DNA of 62,880 nt, counting the filler, from Choristocarpus tenellus KU-1152 (Eukaryota > Protista > Phaeophyceae), in assembly GCA_964200185.2 (NCBI GenBank). It is 10 parts of 10 records of this genome, joined end to end, with 100 filler letters (N's around TTAATTAATTAA, not from the genome) between each part and the next. Parts side by side here need not be neighbours in the genome. Positions count along the whole stretch, not along the records: positions 1 to 8,970 come from CAXNAD020004150.1; positions 9,071 to 13,652 come from CAXNAD020013919.1; 8 more parts are not named here. The stretch is one strand, 5' to 3'. The notes under the pieces are model-generated. The model was not told the origin of the DNA, did not search any database, and saw only the letters and a program-made list of their open reading frames with translations. Both the position numbers and the translations under genes were made by a program. Of this stretch, positions 1-13,652 are shown in pieces; positions within the stretch are counted from its first letter, which is position 1; the number at the start of each line of letters is the position of its first letter.

Positions 1-80
1 AATCACCCCAAAATTGTTAAAATCGAAAACAGGGTGAAAAACGGACGCCGTCCCCCCCCCCCCCTCAGATACTTTGACCC
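1..80. mobile_element. Terminus of Sola2-like DNA transposon/MITE family
   Basis: Ends ...cccctcagatactttgaccc, the reverse complement of the family terminus ggg/gag-caaagtatct; closely similar to 47485-47560. Confidence 0.6.
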
Positions 81-559
81 TAGGCGTTGATTGAAGTCAG
101 TGTCTCTTTTGTATTTCATTTGCTTCCTCATGTTTATGTTTTCACTTTCTCCTGTATGTCCATCTTGTATCTCATCTCACTATACCTTCCACAGCTCTAT
201 TGCGTCACCATTGTGATGTCCCAAACACCAATGTCATTGGGCCTTACAGTGGTTATTGTCCTGATTGCGCAACAAGTGTCCTACTACCCTCCCTGGTCCT
301 CATGTCTCACATCCAATTGTTGTGGACGGGTAACTTCCATCTTCTTGGTCTCTGTTCGACGTAATTTGTTTGTACTCAATGTGTACTTGGTAGTACTCCA
401 GTTCATCCCTGAACTTCCATGTACTTTCTTGTACTTTCATGAAGATAGGACAAGGAATCTCCTTGTTATCCTCTGTCTTAATCATGAGCATCACTACGCT
501 GTTTATATCTATCAATTAGTACTTGAAAGTACTATTAATAGTGTAGACCCATTCAGTCA

Positions 560-1980
560 TGAACACACCGCCTTTTCTTCAAGCAAGATTTCCGCATGGC
601 TTGACATCTGTGTGCTTGGGACGTTTTTCAGGTCATGTATGCTCAGCTGGGTGCCCGGTCTGCTCTTGTTAATGGGTGTCGTGATCTTCCATCAAGGATT
701 GAGCTGCGCTGTGATGGAAAGGTGGTACACCTACCAGGTAGGATGAACAACCAATGATCAATGTCCCTTTAGTCTTGTGATATTGGCAAAGGGCTTCCAG
801 GTTATCTCCAGCAAAGCTGGCTTAAGTCAAATAGGAGGAGTGATTTGAGGGGAGTCGAGTTGACTGACTTCCTTTGCGATTCAATGATCATCTTTCACAG
901 GAATATTTTTCTGAATTTTCAGTTCTAGTCATTCTTCCAGGTGGGTATATGTGTTTGTCTCATTTTGTAGGCATTGTAGCAGGTATGAGATTTCATAGGA
1001 TGATACTATGGTGTAGAGTATCTTAGTACATTATTGTTCACTGTATTGTGGCAAGGTGGAAGATGCTGTTGTGTTTTGTTTGGCAATTGGAGTGAATTGC
1101 CAAGTACCATCTTTGTATCATACTGCGTTTATAGTATTTTTTTACAGCAAAACAGCTCAAATCTACCAGTATCTTCCGTCATTTGATCCACCAGGCAAGG
1201 TCCCTGAGTCCCCTTACAAGTGATAGCCCACAGAGTCTTGTTTTGTGTACCCCTCCAATCTTTCTGAGTGTAAGAAAATCTATAATTGACTGTCCAGGAC
1301 CTCTTGATGTCGTGTTAGAGGTCTCTTTTTGATATCATATATATCATGGTGGTCTTGATACTGGTCAATTTTAAGTTTAGTTTGGAAATAATATTAGGAG
1401 CTTGGTTTAGCTTACCGTAAACAGCACCATTTTTGCATTGACATGCAACGTTTTATATAGCTAGCTCATCAATATGTTGCAGGTGTAATAATAGTGCTTC
1501 AATGTCTAGCGAGAGGCAAGGACCTCTAGGCTTTGGTCAAATTATTGTTTTAGGGTTAGGGTTAGGGCTACACATTGTTACATGCTTCCTGTAGATTGTG
1601 CTGAACCCTTGGAAAACTAGAATGCACTCTGCGTATATCTGGTGAATACCATTATCCTTTGATATGGATTGTGGACTCTGACCAGGGCAACCCTGGACAA
1701 ACTTCTTTGTTTATTCTACTTGCCTTTAATCTCCGCCATGAACAACCCAATCAACTATTTGTTGTTGTGTTTTCAGAGACCACAGCAAGCATCATTATTC
1801 TCAATATTAACAGCTACGCTGGTGGATCCAAGCTCTGGGCTGTGGAGGTGAGCTGAGGCTATAATATTATTCAATACTGATTTGTCCAGTATGTGTTGTG
1901 AATGTTGACCCCCTTCCTATTTGATTTGAATGCCGAGGCTGAAGCCAGAAATGCCTTGAGATTGTTCTTGCTAGTGTACT
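560..1980 (+). pseudogene. Decayed, apparently intron-containing Mutator (MULE)-like transposase
   Basis: Ordered degenerate motifs in shifting frames: IELRCDGKVVHLPG, TAFIVFFYSKTAQIYQYL, VWK..ELGLAY, KLLCLFYLP, LNAEAEARN. These resemble MULE DGTF / KT...Y / W..I..LGL / ALxFLP / TNN.E motifs. Many stops. Confidence 0.35.
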
Positions 1981-4900
1981 GATTTTATTTGTCTGTCGAG
2001 GACATTCGTTTTACCGTGCTCTACGGTTGAGTGGGGTCGATATGTGCATATCATGGTAGAAGTTAAGTTTTCTAGTGATATTTGCCTTAAGGAGCATTTT
2101 GTTGGACTTTAGTTTATTGTTATTGGCTTCTGTTGATTCCTCTTGTCCTTATGCTTTGATCATTATGTACCTCACCTAATGGCCATCGCCTGTGGTTATT
2201 GTAATATGTGTTATATTGTGTTATTGTAATATCAACACCGAAAGCAGGAACGAGGCCGAGGTCAAGGAGTGGCAGGGCGACCCTCCCTGCAAAAGCTTTG
2301 GGCATTTGAGAGGTCAAGGGATGGGAATTACGACACATTCTTAGATTATTATGAGGATAATGAGGAAAGAGAAGAAGAGGGTTCAACCTTGCCGTCACAA
2401 CTGTCATCATTCACGGGAAGGACTCCATCGATCCATGATGGTATCCTTGAGATTGTTGCAGTGGAAGGCGTGCTGCATTTGGGACAGATTCATGTAAGGC
2501 ATCACATGGCAGTTGTATGATTTGTCCATGTCGTTCAGGAGCAGTGCGGTTGACAGAATTGGGTCATTACTATTACCGTTTGATAGAGAGAAACGGCCCA
2601 ATGGGCAGCATTCAGACATGATACTTGATCATAACTACTGATTATTCTCTGGAGCATTAGTAATCGTAGAGATACTTCAAGACGTATCTATCATCAATGG
2701 TAAAAGGATTGTATTATGTGTGTGTGTGTATGTGTATGTGTTGGCGATTTGGTTGAAGAGTTGCAAAGGCAATGTGCTCCTTCCTACCCACCCACCCCTT
2801 ATCTTTTGGTTTTGACTTCCATGGAAAATATGTCATGTTAGAGGCAGTGATATAGAGAACATCGTTGGTCCTTAGCCTGTCCACATGTTTTTTTTTAATT
2901 GTTTGACAGTGTAACTCCATGACTTCATACATGATTTCATTGCAACTATCATGATGATGAAATGCCTGAAGTGGAGTGTAACCTTATGCCACAATGCACC
3001 GTGTTGAGGTATCTTTCCTCAACTTCTAGATTGGAGTTGAGGTCTGTACTGAACCTTTCCCCCCACTCCTCTCAGTTTCGATTTCTTCTTCATCAGTTAG
3101 AGACAGTGTGACATCACCCTCCTGATATAGATTGCACTCAGGGTTTGTCCACCCAGTCTACGTTCCCCCACTCTTCGAACTAATGAATCCTTCCTCAACT
3201 TGCTTTTTTCATCCTACTGTCTGCTGCATGCCTCAGTTGGGTCTTTCTCAAGCACTATCAGTCACCCAATGCAGAGAGTTGCAAGTGAGGACCCTGTCCT
3301 CTTTACCAATGCAGGTTAGGCTTTCAGCTGATCATAATAGTGGAGGATAGGATCACAATCAAATTCGCCGCAATTATATAGTTCGAGGTTGTGTTCAATG
3401 CTTGAATGCATTTCTGTTTGCTATTTCCTTAACAGTGCTACAAGTCATTAAGTTGGAAAAGAGAATGAGCGAATCCACCCATCATTGGTGATTGAATATG
3501 CTTCTAAGCAGCTCTTCCCCTGTTTACAATTTGCATTTCGTGTGGCATAAAGTCCACAAGTACAGAGGCACACTCTCAAACATAAAGTTGCTCAGTGCAG
3601 TTGGGATCATGTGATTTGTTTATAGTGTCTTCTGAGCCAGCTCACTCTCAGTTACATACACCAAGATTATAGTTTCACAATAAATTGACCAAGAAATGTG
3701 TAGATGGTTTTTGGGGTTGATTACAATGGTCTTGTGTGACTTTTTCCCTCCTTTCAATTTAGTGAGAAACGGATTGCCATGTCCTCAAAAGAGCTAGAGA
3801 AACAGCCATCACTTGTCAAGTGTTATAAGGCGAACCTACATGGGTAGAGGAGAGTCAGTTGGACTTCAAGAAAGGGCATGGGGGACGTAGGAGAAAGTCT
3901 TGAAGCGTTTTGCGGCAATTGAATGACTGCAATATTGATAAGCCTTGGCGATTCTTTTCAGGCAATGATTAGAATACACTATCTTCGTTAGTTGGTTTTA
4001 ACAGTTGACTCATTTTTTGGTAGCAAGAACAGTTGAGACAGTGGTTAGCCATTTACCTGTGGCTATCTCAGGTAAGAACGCCACAGCAACTTACAATCAA
4101 CTAAGCGCAAACAAGATTGGCTGACAATGTACACAGCAGAAAATGCGGGGACTTTATTGACGTTCCCGTAAAGAATGTCCTACGCATTGGTGTGGTTTTA
4201 TCGTAACCCTGACATTTACAGGATTAACAATTCGAGGTTCTTTCTTGCAGGTGGATGGTGAACCCTGGAAGCAGCCTCCTTCTGAGATTACAGTCAAGCA
4301 GCACAACCAGGTAAGCACATGAACACATCCACTGCTCATCGATTGTGTGAAATGGATTACATTACACATAGTGATGCACTAGCACTTGTTTTTGTGGAAT
4401 AGATGTTAGGGTTATCTTCATTGTTCATGTTAAATGAATTACATTGTATGAAGTAGTGCAGTAGTGCTTGCTCTTGTGGAGCTGCTGTTGGACTTGTCCT
4501 GTGGCACCAATTTCATCTCCTCTGCCCCAACCCTAACACGTGAAAATTTGGCAAATGTCCCACTACTCTCACTGTAACTCAGGCGGCAATGCTTCGACCC
4601 TCAACTCCAGATGAGTTGGCAGTAGCAGAAACGTTAAGTGAGGTCAACAAGGTCATCACTGCTGCACAACGTCGGGGGGTCATTTCCTTGGGACAGGCGC
4701 AAGTACTCATGTCTGATATTACCAAGTTTAAGCAGATACCTTGAAGGGGGAAGAAGATCGACCTCAACAAGAGAGAGGCTCTGCCCGTTGGCATTGCATT
4801 TTTACTTGACAGGCTATAGTATAAGTAGCACTATGTATTGGCTCTAGTTGCTGTTGTCAGGGTTGAGGTGCATATGTACAGTTCGTTCTTGTACAGAGTA

Positions 4901-7900
4901 GCTACTTCAAGGTGACACATCTTTCTCTTCTTGAATAGAGCAGTAGCAGGTATTGAGGAAGAATCCAGGATTCACGACCACACCAACTAGAGGTCCATGG
5001 AACCGGAGTGGAACACATTATGGGTTTTTTGTTATGCCATCTTAACAATAAAATTATGTATTGATGTAGGACGCAGGTTTTCTGCCTGCACTAGTTGTAG
5101 TATCGTTCCATATATTGATATACCTTGTGATACATAGGGTGCTCTTCAATCTGGGAGGACGATCACAATTTGTTTAGGTTAATGTGCTGTATTTACCATA
5201 CTCTTAAGCTGGTCTCATCAAGAAGCGTTAACCGCACTCTTATCAGCACAGTGGAGCCAACATTTTATGCTTCCTTGGCTAAAGCTGAAATTCAACAACA
5301 ATGGATTGCTTAGAAGGAAGAAAACCTGGAGCCTTGGTTGGACTTGGAATTTAATGATGCTTCACATTTTTTTGTCAGTTGGCATTTGGTGTTTCTTTGA
5401 CGCCTGTGACGTTCCAGCAGGATCAATTTATTCATTGAAGAGCTTCAGGTTTGTAGGTAGGATGTGCTTCAAGAAAAAAGGAAGCGAATGTGAATGCTTC
5501 AGCTTCTGACCATGATCATGAAGCAATGCCTAGTTGAATCCCGCATCAATGGACACTACTTCGTAGTGAGCACAGGTGACGAACCAGTCTTGTTGGAAAT
5601 ACTGCTCATGTATTTATGCTTGAGGCTGAAACCTTGAGTAATATTCTCTGAACTCTCCCGATCTGACATGTGTGAACTTATTTTGCTATCCAAAAACAAC
5701 TTACATTTTTTGTTTGAACAAGACAGAACGACTTGAAACATCTATATATACGTGAGTGTGTGTTTGCGTGCCCAACCTAAAAGGTGAGCCGCATTTGCCA
5801 CTATCATTATTGTTCTTCATTAGTGTAGCCTCCTAGAAGAAAGTTGTAGATAACTTTTTTTAACTAACACGGTATGTTGTGTTTACATGCCATAAGAAGA
5901 AATACCTCGACCTGTAGGCACACTGAAAGTGATTTATCGTAAGAGTAGACGAGTGTCTTTTTTTTTTATTTCTCTTGGGTCGGTGCTCTCCTAGTTCGTT
6001 TGTACATCGGTTCTAAGCAACCTGGTTTTTATTTTCATATATATACAGTTCGTTACAACAAAAGAATTAATTACATATTTGATCTGTAACACTACAATAT
6101 ATTGAGCCAAACAAATTGATACGTGAAAAGGTTTGGCCATATTGCATTCTAAGCCATCTTTCTTGCCCTGTACCATACACTATATTCCATTGCTTCATGT
6201 CCACAACAGCACCAAAAGTTTGTGTTCCCCCGTTGCACACAAAGAGTAACACCCCAATTCAGCAAAGAAAGGCCATTTCTGAATTCGTACGAAACGGCAT
6301 ATATATTTTTGCTCTTTCTTGGGATCCTTCAGATGCAACCCCTCCCTACCTCTCGGTTTGACTCAATATCAGCCTCGACAAATCACCATGTGTCATCAAT
6401 GACCTATCGCCTCTCTGCTGTGCGTTTACCATCTGTATCGACCTGGTTGGGGGGAAGCAACTGGTGGATAAAGATATTTGAAATGAGTGACAACACCGAC
6501 TAATTTCTACCTCGATCATACTTTCGATTCTGCCTCCACATTACCTCCCAAGATCTTGTGGCCTTGGATGATGCCATGATCACCTAAGAAAGTGGCACAC
6601 ACACACAAAGAGGACAAATACTTCCTATCCACACTACAACAGATAAAAAAAATCATGTAATTCTATATTGGGGATCAACTCGCGCAAGACTACCCCCCCC
6701 CTACTAAGGAGATGGGACATTGCATCATATATCGGAGCATTTATTGTTGGGGCAATAAAGACAAATCAACATAATGTGCCGTGCTAAAAGTATCAAGTAC
6801 CTAACCTTTTTATTGCAGGGAGACCATTACGGTATTTGCACATGCAGTAAGTTACAACTCTTGCATCACGTTTTACTCTTACATTGGTACCAGCATAAAA
6901 ATTTAGTATCCACTATAGAGTAGTACACTGCTCAAAATGTAATTTATTGGATTTCCTTCGACAAATATTAGTTTATGTATGTTTTGACACTTTTAACTTT
7001 TTCGAATAGGGCCTAACTTTGGACAGGACGCTCCGCTTTTCAAATCTCGGCATTCGAAAAGTGTATTCTCTGCAATAGGCGAAAAATGGGCAATTTCTGT
7101 AGCTAATATGGGATATTGCTAACAAGAAGCCGAGCAATGTACGGCTTCATTTAGCATAGTCTCATTTGTGTGTGTGTGTGTGTCCCTCATGTTGCGTTTT
7201 GAGCATCATGGAAAGAAGTGTTCGTCTGCCATCTTTGTTAATAGATTCTTGGACGAGACTGCTTTGTTTCTTCCAGGGTTTTTTTTCCAACTAGGTAAAC
7301 ATTGAAGGCACTAGGCCGTGGGCCAACCCTAGTAATACATGTTTCAACAAGATCGATGCAGGGCGTGTCAGAGAATTGTACCAGGTCAGGCCACCAGCCG
7401 ATCCGGTGAAATATGCTTTAGCACGGCAGGTCTACGGCCTTACCAAAGGTATCAGGAGGAGGATACCGTTGATCATGTGGGACCTGTGTGGCTATCGTCT
7501 GACTTTAATGCTATTTGTGGGACTGTGTATTCAAGAAAAGTATAATTTCTTCATCTGGACACACACTTTCTATATCATCCACGGACTACTGATGGGAGTT
7601 ACCTGCATTTGGGTAATAGAAATGGGATGTCAGGCACAAGATTATTTAAGACCCCTTACGATCAAAATCGTCAAAATCTACCTACCTCAAGATGCTTTGA
7701 CTCCTTCAGAATAGGTTCTATGAGACCAGGCAATAGGACTAACCCAGTAAAAAATGGTAAACCATGAACTGGGCCGACAGAGATTGTATTCAGCCCAGCC
7801 CATGGACTGCCCAGGACCCTAAGTAGAGGTAGTGAGGATCAGGCCTGGTCTGGTTTTTGTTTGCTATTGTAAGATAGTATTAACAAATGCAGCTGAAGGG

Positions 7901-8970
7901 ACTAATAGAAAGGTTGCTTTAGTCCCACATGTATTCAGGACAATTGATATCTGCCCAACAATCTTTGATAGGGTAGACGCAATCCATCTTGACCATGCCA
8001 GTCCGGCTATCAAAAGGATTTCGTTCAGGACCGTCAGATATATTAACCTGACCGGTCCACAAACTTCTCTAGGAAAAGTAATATCTAGTAGGACTGGTCC
8101 AGGGCTGTCACAGTGTCCAACCCGACTGGGCTGCGGGCCAGGCTCACTGAAACATTTTTGAACAGGGCTGGTAAAGGACTGTCAAGGAGTGTTACCAGAC
8201 CAGTCTGCAGCCTGCTCTGCAGCCTGCTCTGCAGCCTGCTCTGCAGCCCAAGTCAGGTTAGTTTGTCCAGTTGCTGCTGGTCCAGTGAAAAATCCAGGTT
8301 CTTTCTCCAGTGGTCTGTGCACTGAACGTTTTTCTTGTTTCTACTTTATGCAACCTACTGGGCATCGCCTTCTAGTCTGGCAGTGGAATTTCTCCCTTGA
8401 GGGATATCCTCATCCTGTATCTCCATACTGAATATCATATTCCTTTCTCTTATCTGACGTCTTAATACGATTGCATCATTTGTTTACATTGGACTGAGGA
8501 TAAAGTCGTCTGGGTTCTAGGTGTATTTGTTCTTCCTCCATAGTAGTGCTCGGTCTGCTATATATTTTTCACTCGTATACAACCAAGTGCGCACTTGCCT
8601 ACACGACTATTTGTGTCTGTGTCTGTTCCTATGCATGTGTGCATTTGTATAGATAGATGCCGAAGACGAGAGATAACGGGTGGGTATGGTGAGACGAGAT
8701 TAGTGAAGCCTTGATAGTGGATTACTGAGTGATGCAGTGAATTGTGCTTCATTGTACCCAATAGGTCAGGCTTTGGACCAAGTCATGGGGGGAGAAAACT
8801 GCTCACTCGGGTGCTTACTCAATAAGGAACTCGATTAAAGGTGATTCGATACAGATGAGTTATTCGCTCGTCCAACATGAGGGAGGTGACCAAGGGGGTA
8901 GGGGGGGGGGAGGTGTTTTCCTGAAGCAAGTGGGGTTGGTTGCGATCCTCCAACCTAGGACTTGAAGAAG

Positions 8971-9070
8971 NNNNNNNNNNNNNNNNNNNNNNNNNNNNNN
9001 NNNNNNNNNNNNNNTTAATTAATTAANNNNNNNNNNNNNNNNNNNNNNNNNNNNNNNNNNNNNNNNNNNN
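8971..9070. other. Artificial contig-joining spacer (N run with TTAATTAATTAA); first of nine in the window
   Basis: Near-identical N44-TTAATTAATTAA-N44 blocks; the 12-mer gives stops in all six frames. Confidence 0.97.
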
Positions 9071-9743
9071 TATGTATGTATGTATGTATGCATGTGTGAG
9101 ACCACTACTACGGTGCAGTATTATTATTATTTTTTTGGTAGCATCTGAAGGTGATGATATGATTGTGAATTTGTCAAACGATTAATTTATCAATAGTTTT
9201 TGGATTGAAAGGGTAATGGAGGAGGGGAGGGGATGGCTTTAGTTGGTCATCAGTTATTATTATTATTTTATTTCAATTTGGAGGTAAACTGCGTGAGAAC
9301 AGTGCCAAACAGTTCCCTGAAGGCCTTGTGTTGATGTGTGTCAAGAACCTCTCCTCCGGAAGGATGCAAGGGAGTCACTCTGTTGGCGGCTTGGTCCATT
9401 TGTTGAAAATGAACAGGATATACGAGTTGAATTTGTAGCTACTGGTATTCTACCTAAGAGTTTCCACTGTTACGTTAAAACTACTGCCAGTAATAGCACA
9501 CATCCTAACATTAGTTGTAATTTGAATCCCCTTTTCTTTTAAGATTTGTGCATTTCACTTGGGCACTTGAACATTTACCAGTAAGGTAGGGTGTGTTTTG
9601 GCGAAAGCTGAGAGAGATAGTTTACTTGTACTATACCCTCAACAGTACCTTTAATTGTCCTGGCGAAGTGGTGTATCAGTACTATTTATTATTAACTATT
9701 AACTATTATTGTTGATTTTAATATCTGTTTGTGTTTGTATCAG

Positions 9744-10654
9744 GACGGTGTGGAGGGAAGTTGTGGGCTAAGCTCATCGGCAATCTCTGAGATAACCATG
9801 CTCCAGGAGCTACACTGCTGGAGTACTGACCCAGCTGGACACTCAACAGTCTTGGTACCACTGGCTGTGGTTCTTGGTACAGGTCAGTTATTGGTACCAT
9901 TGGTACTATAAAAAAGCTTAACCCTAAACATAAGTATGATATTGAAACTTGTGAGTGGAGCAGTAGGTGAAGGATAACTTAGGGATACCATTGCGGGGGT
10001 ATGAGGGATGGTACCAGAGAGTACTGAAGTGTATTAATGGAGTGATACAGTATAGTATAGTATAGTACAGTACTGAAGTGTATTAATGGAGTGGTACAGT
10101 ATAGTATAGTACAGTACTGAAGTGTATTAATGGAAGGCCGCATCAAGCTCCCAACCATTGCACGATAACCATCTCTAACTAACTGGTCTATAGTCTCTTT
10201 GGTGGCAACAGCAGGAAGGTCACAGACAGTCGTGATCCCACATTTTACTGCCAAGGTTTCAAAAGATACCTGCTGGGGTACAGTATAGTATAGTACAGTA
10301 CAGTACTTCTTAGTGTGTTGTGTTGATTGTGTTGTCTAGCACTGCAGTGTTTGGCCTGTTCAATTTGTCTCCATTTGTTGACGAGGTTATTGGTCCTCTA
10401 CCCAAGTGCATTGAAAAGGTTGCCTACAGTTAATTGGGAGCTATTGAGGGTGTAGCTGATGACTTGGAGAACACAGAATTTTTATTTTTATTTTTTATTT
10501 GAAAAGTTTAATTAAAAAAATGAGAGGGGAAAATGAACAAATGTGATCAAAATAAAATATACAACCAGACCCAACAATGAACACACATGTATGTGGCAAC
10601 CAAGAATACTTGCCAAGGGCGTTCACCTCCTAGGTTGTTTATTATTATTATTAT

Positions 10655-10695
<41 letters not shown>

Positions 10696-13135
10696 ATAGT
10701 AGTACTATTGTCATTACTATTGTCATATTATTATTACCATTTATGTTATGATTGTGTATATCTATGAACTGTATGGATATGTGTATAGAAATATATGCAG
10801 GAGTTTTTTTTTATAATGCTTGTGACGATGATATTGCAAGAAATTCCAAGTTTCACTTTTTAGAATAGGATATGCTGATTGTTGGTAATGAGTTGTGTTA
10901 GTTGGGTACTGTATCATTGTACTGCCTGATGTGGAACTCCATGTGTACACTATAGTCAACATATTCTAACAAGAGTTGATCGTAGACCGACTATGTTTTG
11001 ATGTTTTCTCTAGCCTGCTGTGTATTAAGTAGTGTGTGATTGATTTTCATTTATTTTTATTTTTTCTCACCAGCTCCATTGTAATGTAGTACTTGTCCGA
11101 TATGCTGGTTTTAAATGGTTTAAATGATTTATGTACGTACATACGTATACCGGAGTATCATTTTTTATATTTTGTCCTATAAAAAAACTATTGTACGGTT
11201 TGTGTTGTGATCATGTTTTTTTTGGTCTAATCATGGTTACTCATAATAATATTGTTTCTTTTTTTTATTTGTATTGTTCTGTGATCACAATTCAATTTGT
11301 TCCTTTTTGTTTCAATATTTGTTTATATATATATCCGAATAGGTGGGAAGCCCACCTCCAACCCAGTGGCCAACGGCTTCACCGCTACCAGCGGCTCTGT
11401 AGCCGAACAAGCAGACCCAAACCTCAAGCTTAAGGTAGGAACAGACTCCAGGGGCTCAAGCGCAGCAGCCACTGCGGCTTCTGCAGCTGTAGCAGGCATG
11501 GGGGTTGCCAGGTTGGGTGGCACAGGTAGTTTGGTGGGTGGTGGGGGTGGCAATGGTGTGGGTGCTGGAATTGTTGCAGGTGGTGCTGAAGGAGGCTCTG
11601 TGGTGCCCATAGCCTTTCCTGGGGCTTCACTTTCTTCGGTTCTTCAGCAGGCCGCTCGTGGCGATGTGTTGGGTGCGTCCAGGGTAGTGGGGATGCCTGG
11701 TGCACATGGTTTGCTGGAGGGTACTGCTGGTGTGGGAGGGGTTGGTGTGAACGGTGGTGGGAGAGTTGGGGGAGGACAGGTAAGGTGGAAACATTTTGAC
11801 TATATTTATAGTTATGGTACACCTAATTGTGTGGGGTGGTGTATTTTGGTGAGCGTGTGGTTTGTTGGGTTTTGTGTTTTATTTTTTTGTTTTATTTTTT
11901 TCCTGTAGTAAAATAAAATAGTAGTAGTGTGTGTCTCGATGCGTATGGATGGTGTTTTTTGTGTGCTTGAGTTGTGTGTGGATGGTGTTTATTTGTGTGT
12001 GTGTGTAATATGTGTTCTTAATGATTTTTTTGTGTCTGGTGTTGGTTTACGGGTGGTTACTGTGGTTACTGTGGTTACTGTGTTGCATAATGTATCTGAA
12101 TTGATGATGATGTAGTGGTTACTCTGGAGGCGTACCCAAGGCCTCCCTTGTTTTGTAAGACCTGATGCAAATGCAGTAGTTTTAGCAAACCCCTCACAGA
12201 CATTAGATAAAATAGTCTGTTTCTCCTCCCTGAATCCAAAACCCGTCATCACCAAATGATTTCTCAATCCTCTCAATCCTCTCAATCCTCTCCACCTTTC
12301 ACCCTCCACCTACATTTTTTGAATACCTACTCTTTCCTATTCTGTCTGCTGGGAAAACTCGGAATTAGCCTTAGAATTGAGCAAACTTATCTTTAGACTT
12401 TCAACCTTCTCCATAACAGTACGACTAATAGTCATTATTATTATTATTATTATTATTGTCATTATTATTATTATTGTTGTTGTTGTTGTTATTATTATTA
12501 TTATTATTATTATCTTTAGTGCTCACTTCAGCATTGCTCCTTCTTAATCAAGCCTTTCCACCTTTCAGTTTTCCCTCTTTTTTGTGGTATAAAAATAAAA
12601 TAAAAATTAACCTCGGTTTATTATTATTTTTATCATGTGTTTATTTATGTGCAGTATTTTGATCTACCGGTGGTGTTCCTAGTTCAGGTAATATACTCAC
12701 TTACCATTACTTACCATGCAGACATTTACTATTGAATTGTAGTGTAGAATATATGTTTTGTTTTTTTTAAAGAACAAAAACAAAAAATAATTGCAACAGC
12801 GTCGTTCGAAATCCGCCCCATTTTTTTTTTTTAAACAGGGAAAGATTCTCCCCATTAACCAGTTAGTAGCTAGAACAAAGGTGCTTGAAATGAATGAACC
12901 AATATGATTCAATACCTACCGCCTGCCGGCCTCTTAGGTGCCGGAGGAACTTCTTCGCCCACACTACCTTCTCCTTGAACCTGTGAGTTACACCCTGGCA
13001 GAGAGTCTACGCATCTCCCGTCGACCGTTTGTATTAGCACCTCCCCTTGTGAGAGGCCTGCTACAGGACCTTCTGGGGGCGATCACCATATGTCATGATA
13101 GGAATGTGGTCATCAAGGCTCTTGATGCTGAGAAG
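9744..13135 (+). CDS. CDK-like protein kinase-fold gene, partial (3 internal exons), probable pseudokinase
   Basis: Exons 9744-9882 (DGVEGSCGLSSSAISEITMLQELH, PSTAIRE-like helix C), 11343-11779 (Gly/Ala-rich) and 12938-13135 (HYLLLEPVSYTL...LVRGLLQDLLGAITICHDRNVVIKALDAEK, subdomains V-VIb). All AG/GT bounded and phase-compatible (0-1, 1-0, 0-0). Confidence 0.7.
10136..10262 (-). mobile_element. Short Copia-like reverse transcriptase fragment in an intron
   Basis: DGYRAMVGSLM resembles the Copia RT YRxxVGSLM motif; flanked by cagtatagtatagtac microsatellite. Confidence 0.4.
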
Positions 13136-13566
13136 GTACGTGGTGGAGTTCATGGAGATGTGTTTATGGCGTGTGTGTGTGTGTGCAAGGTTCTGTCTGT
13201 AGTAGGTTATATAATATAGAGATTGTTTTTTGTTTTCCTTTTTTTTCCAACTTTTTTTTTTGGCGTTGAGAAGCCGGTGTCATGTCGAGGGTTTTTTGTT
13301 ATTATTTTTGTAATTTTATTGCGGGAGGCATTTGTTTGGAGATAGATGATTGTTGTGTTAGAGATAGATAACAACTGTAAAGTATGTTTCATGTCGTTTT
13401 CCTATAATATGGGATTTGAGGGGTAGGATTATAGGATTATATGATGGTATCTCACTTCTTTTGTGTGAGTTAGTGAATATGTATGTACATATTTATGCCA
13501 ATGCATACTATTTTTTTGTGTTTTTTTCCTATTTTTTTTTCAAATTGAAATCTTACCAATACAATG

Positions 13567-13652
13567 GCACTAAGTATCTGTGGGGGGGGGGGGGGGGGTG
13601 CCCCCCCCCCCCCCCCTCCACGCAATACAAGGGGCCACCTTGTAACCCCCCC
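13567..13652. mobile_element. Probable terminus of Sola2-like MITE at contig end
   Basis: ggcactaagtatctgtgggggg resembles the family terminus followed by the usual G-run. Confidence 0.4.

Noticed and set aside
87-746. 219-aa ORF as a gene
   Set aside because: No recognisable motif, TTG start, composition typical of a chance frame over decayed TE sequence.
7309-8385. CACTA element (cactag...cagtg)
   Set aside because: The ends are not convincing inverted repeats and there is no TSD.
9015-9026. Recurrent TTAATTAATTAA motif
   Set aside because: Assembly linker, not biological; gene neighbourhoods across spacers cannot be interpreted.
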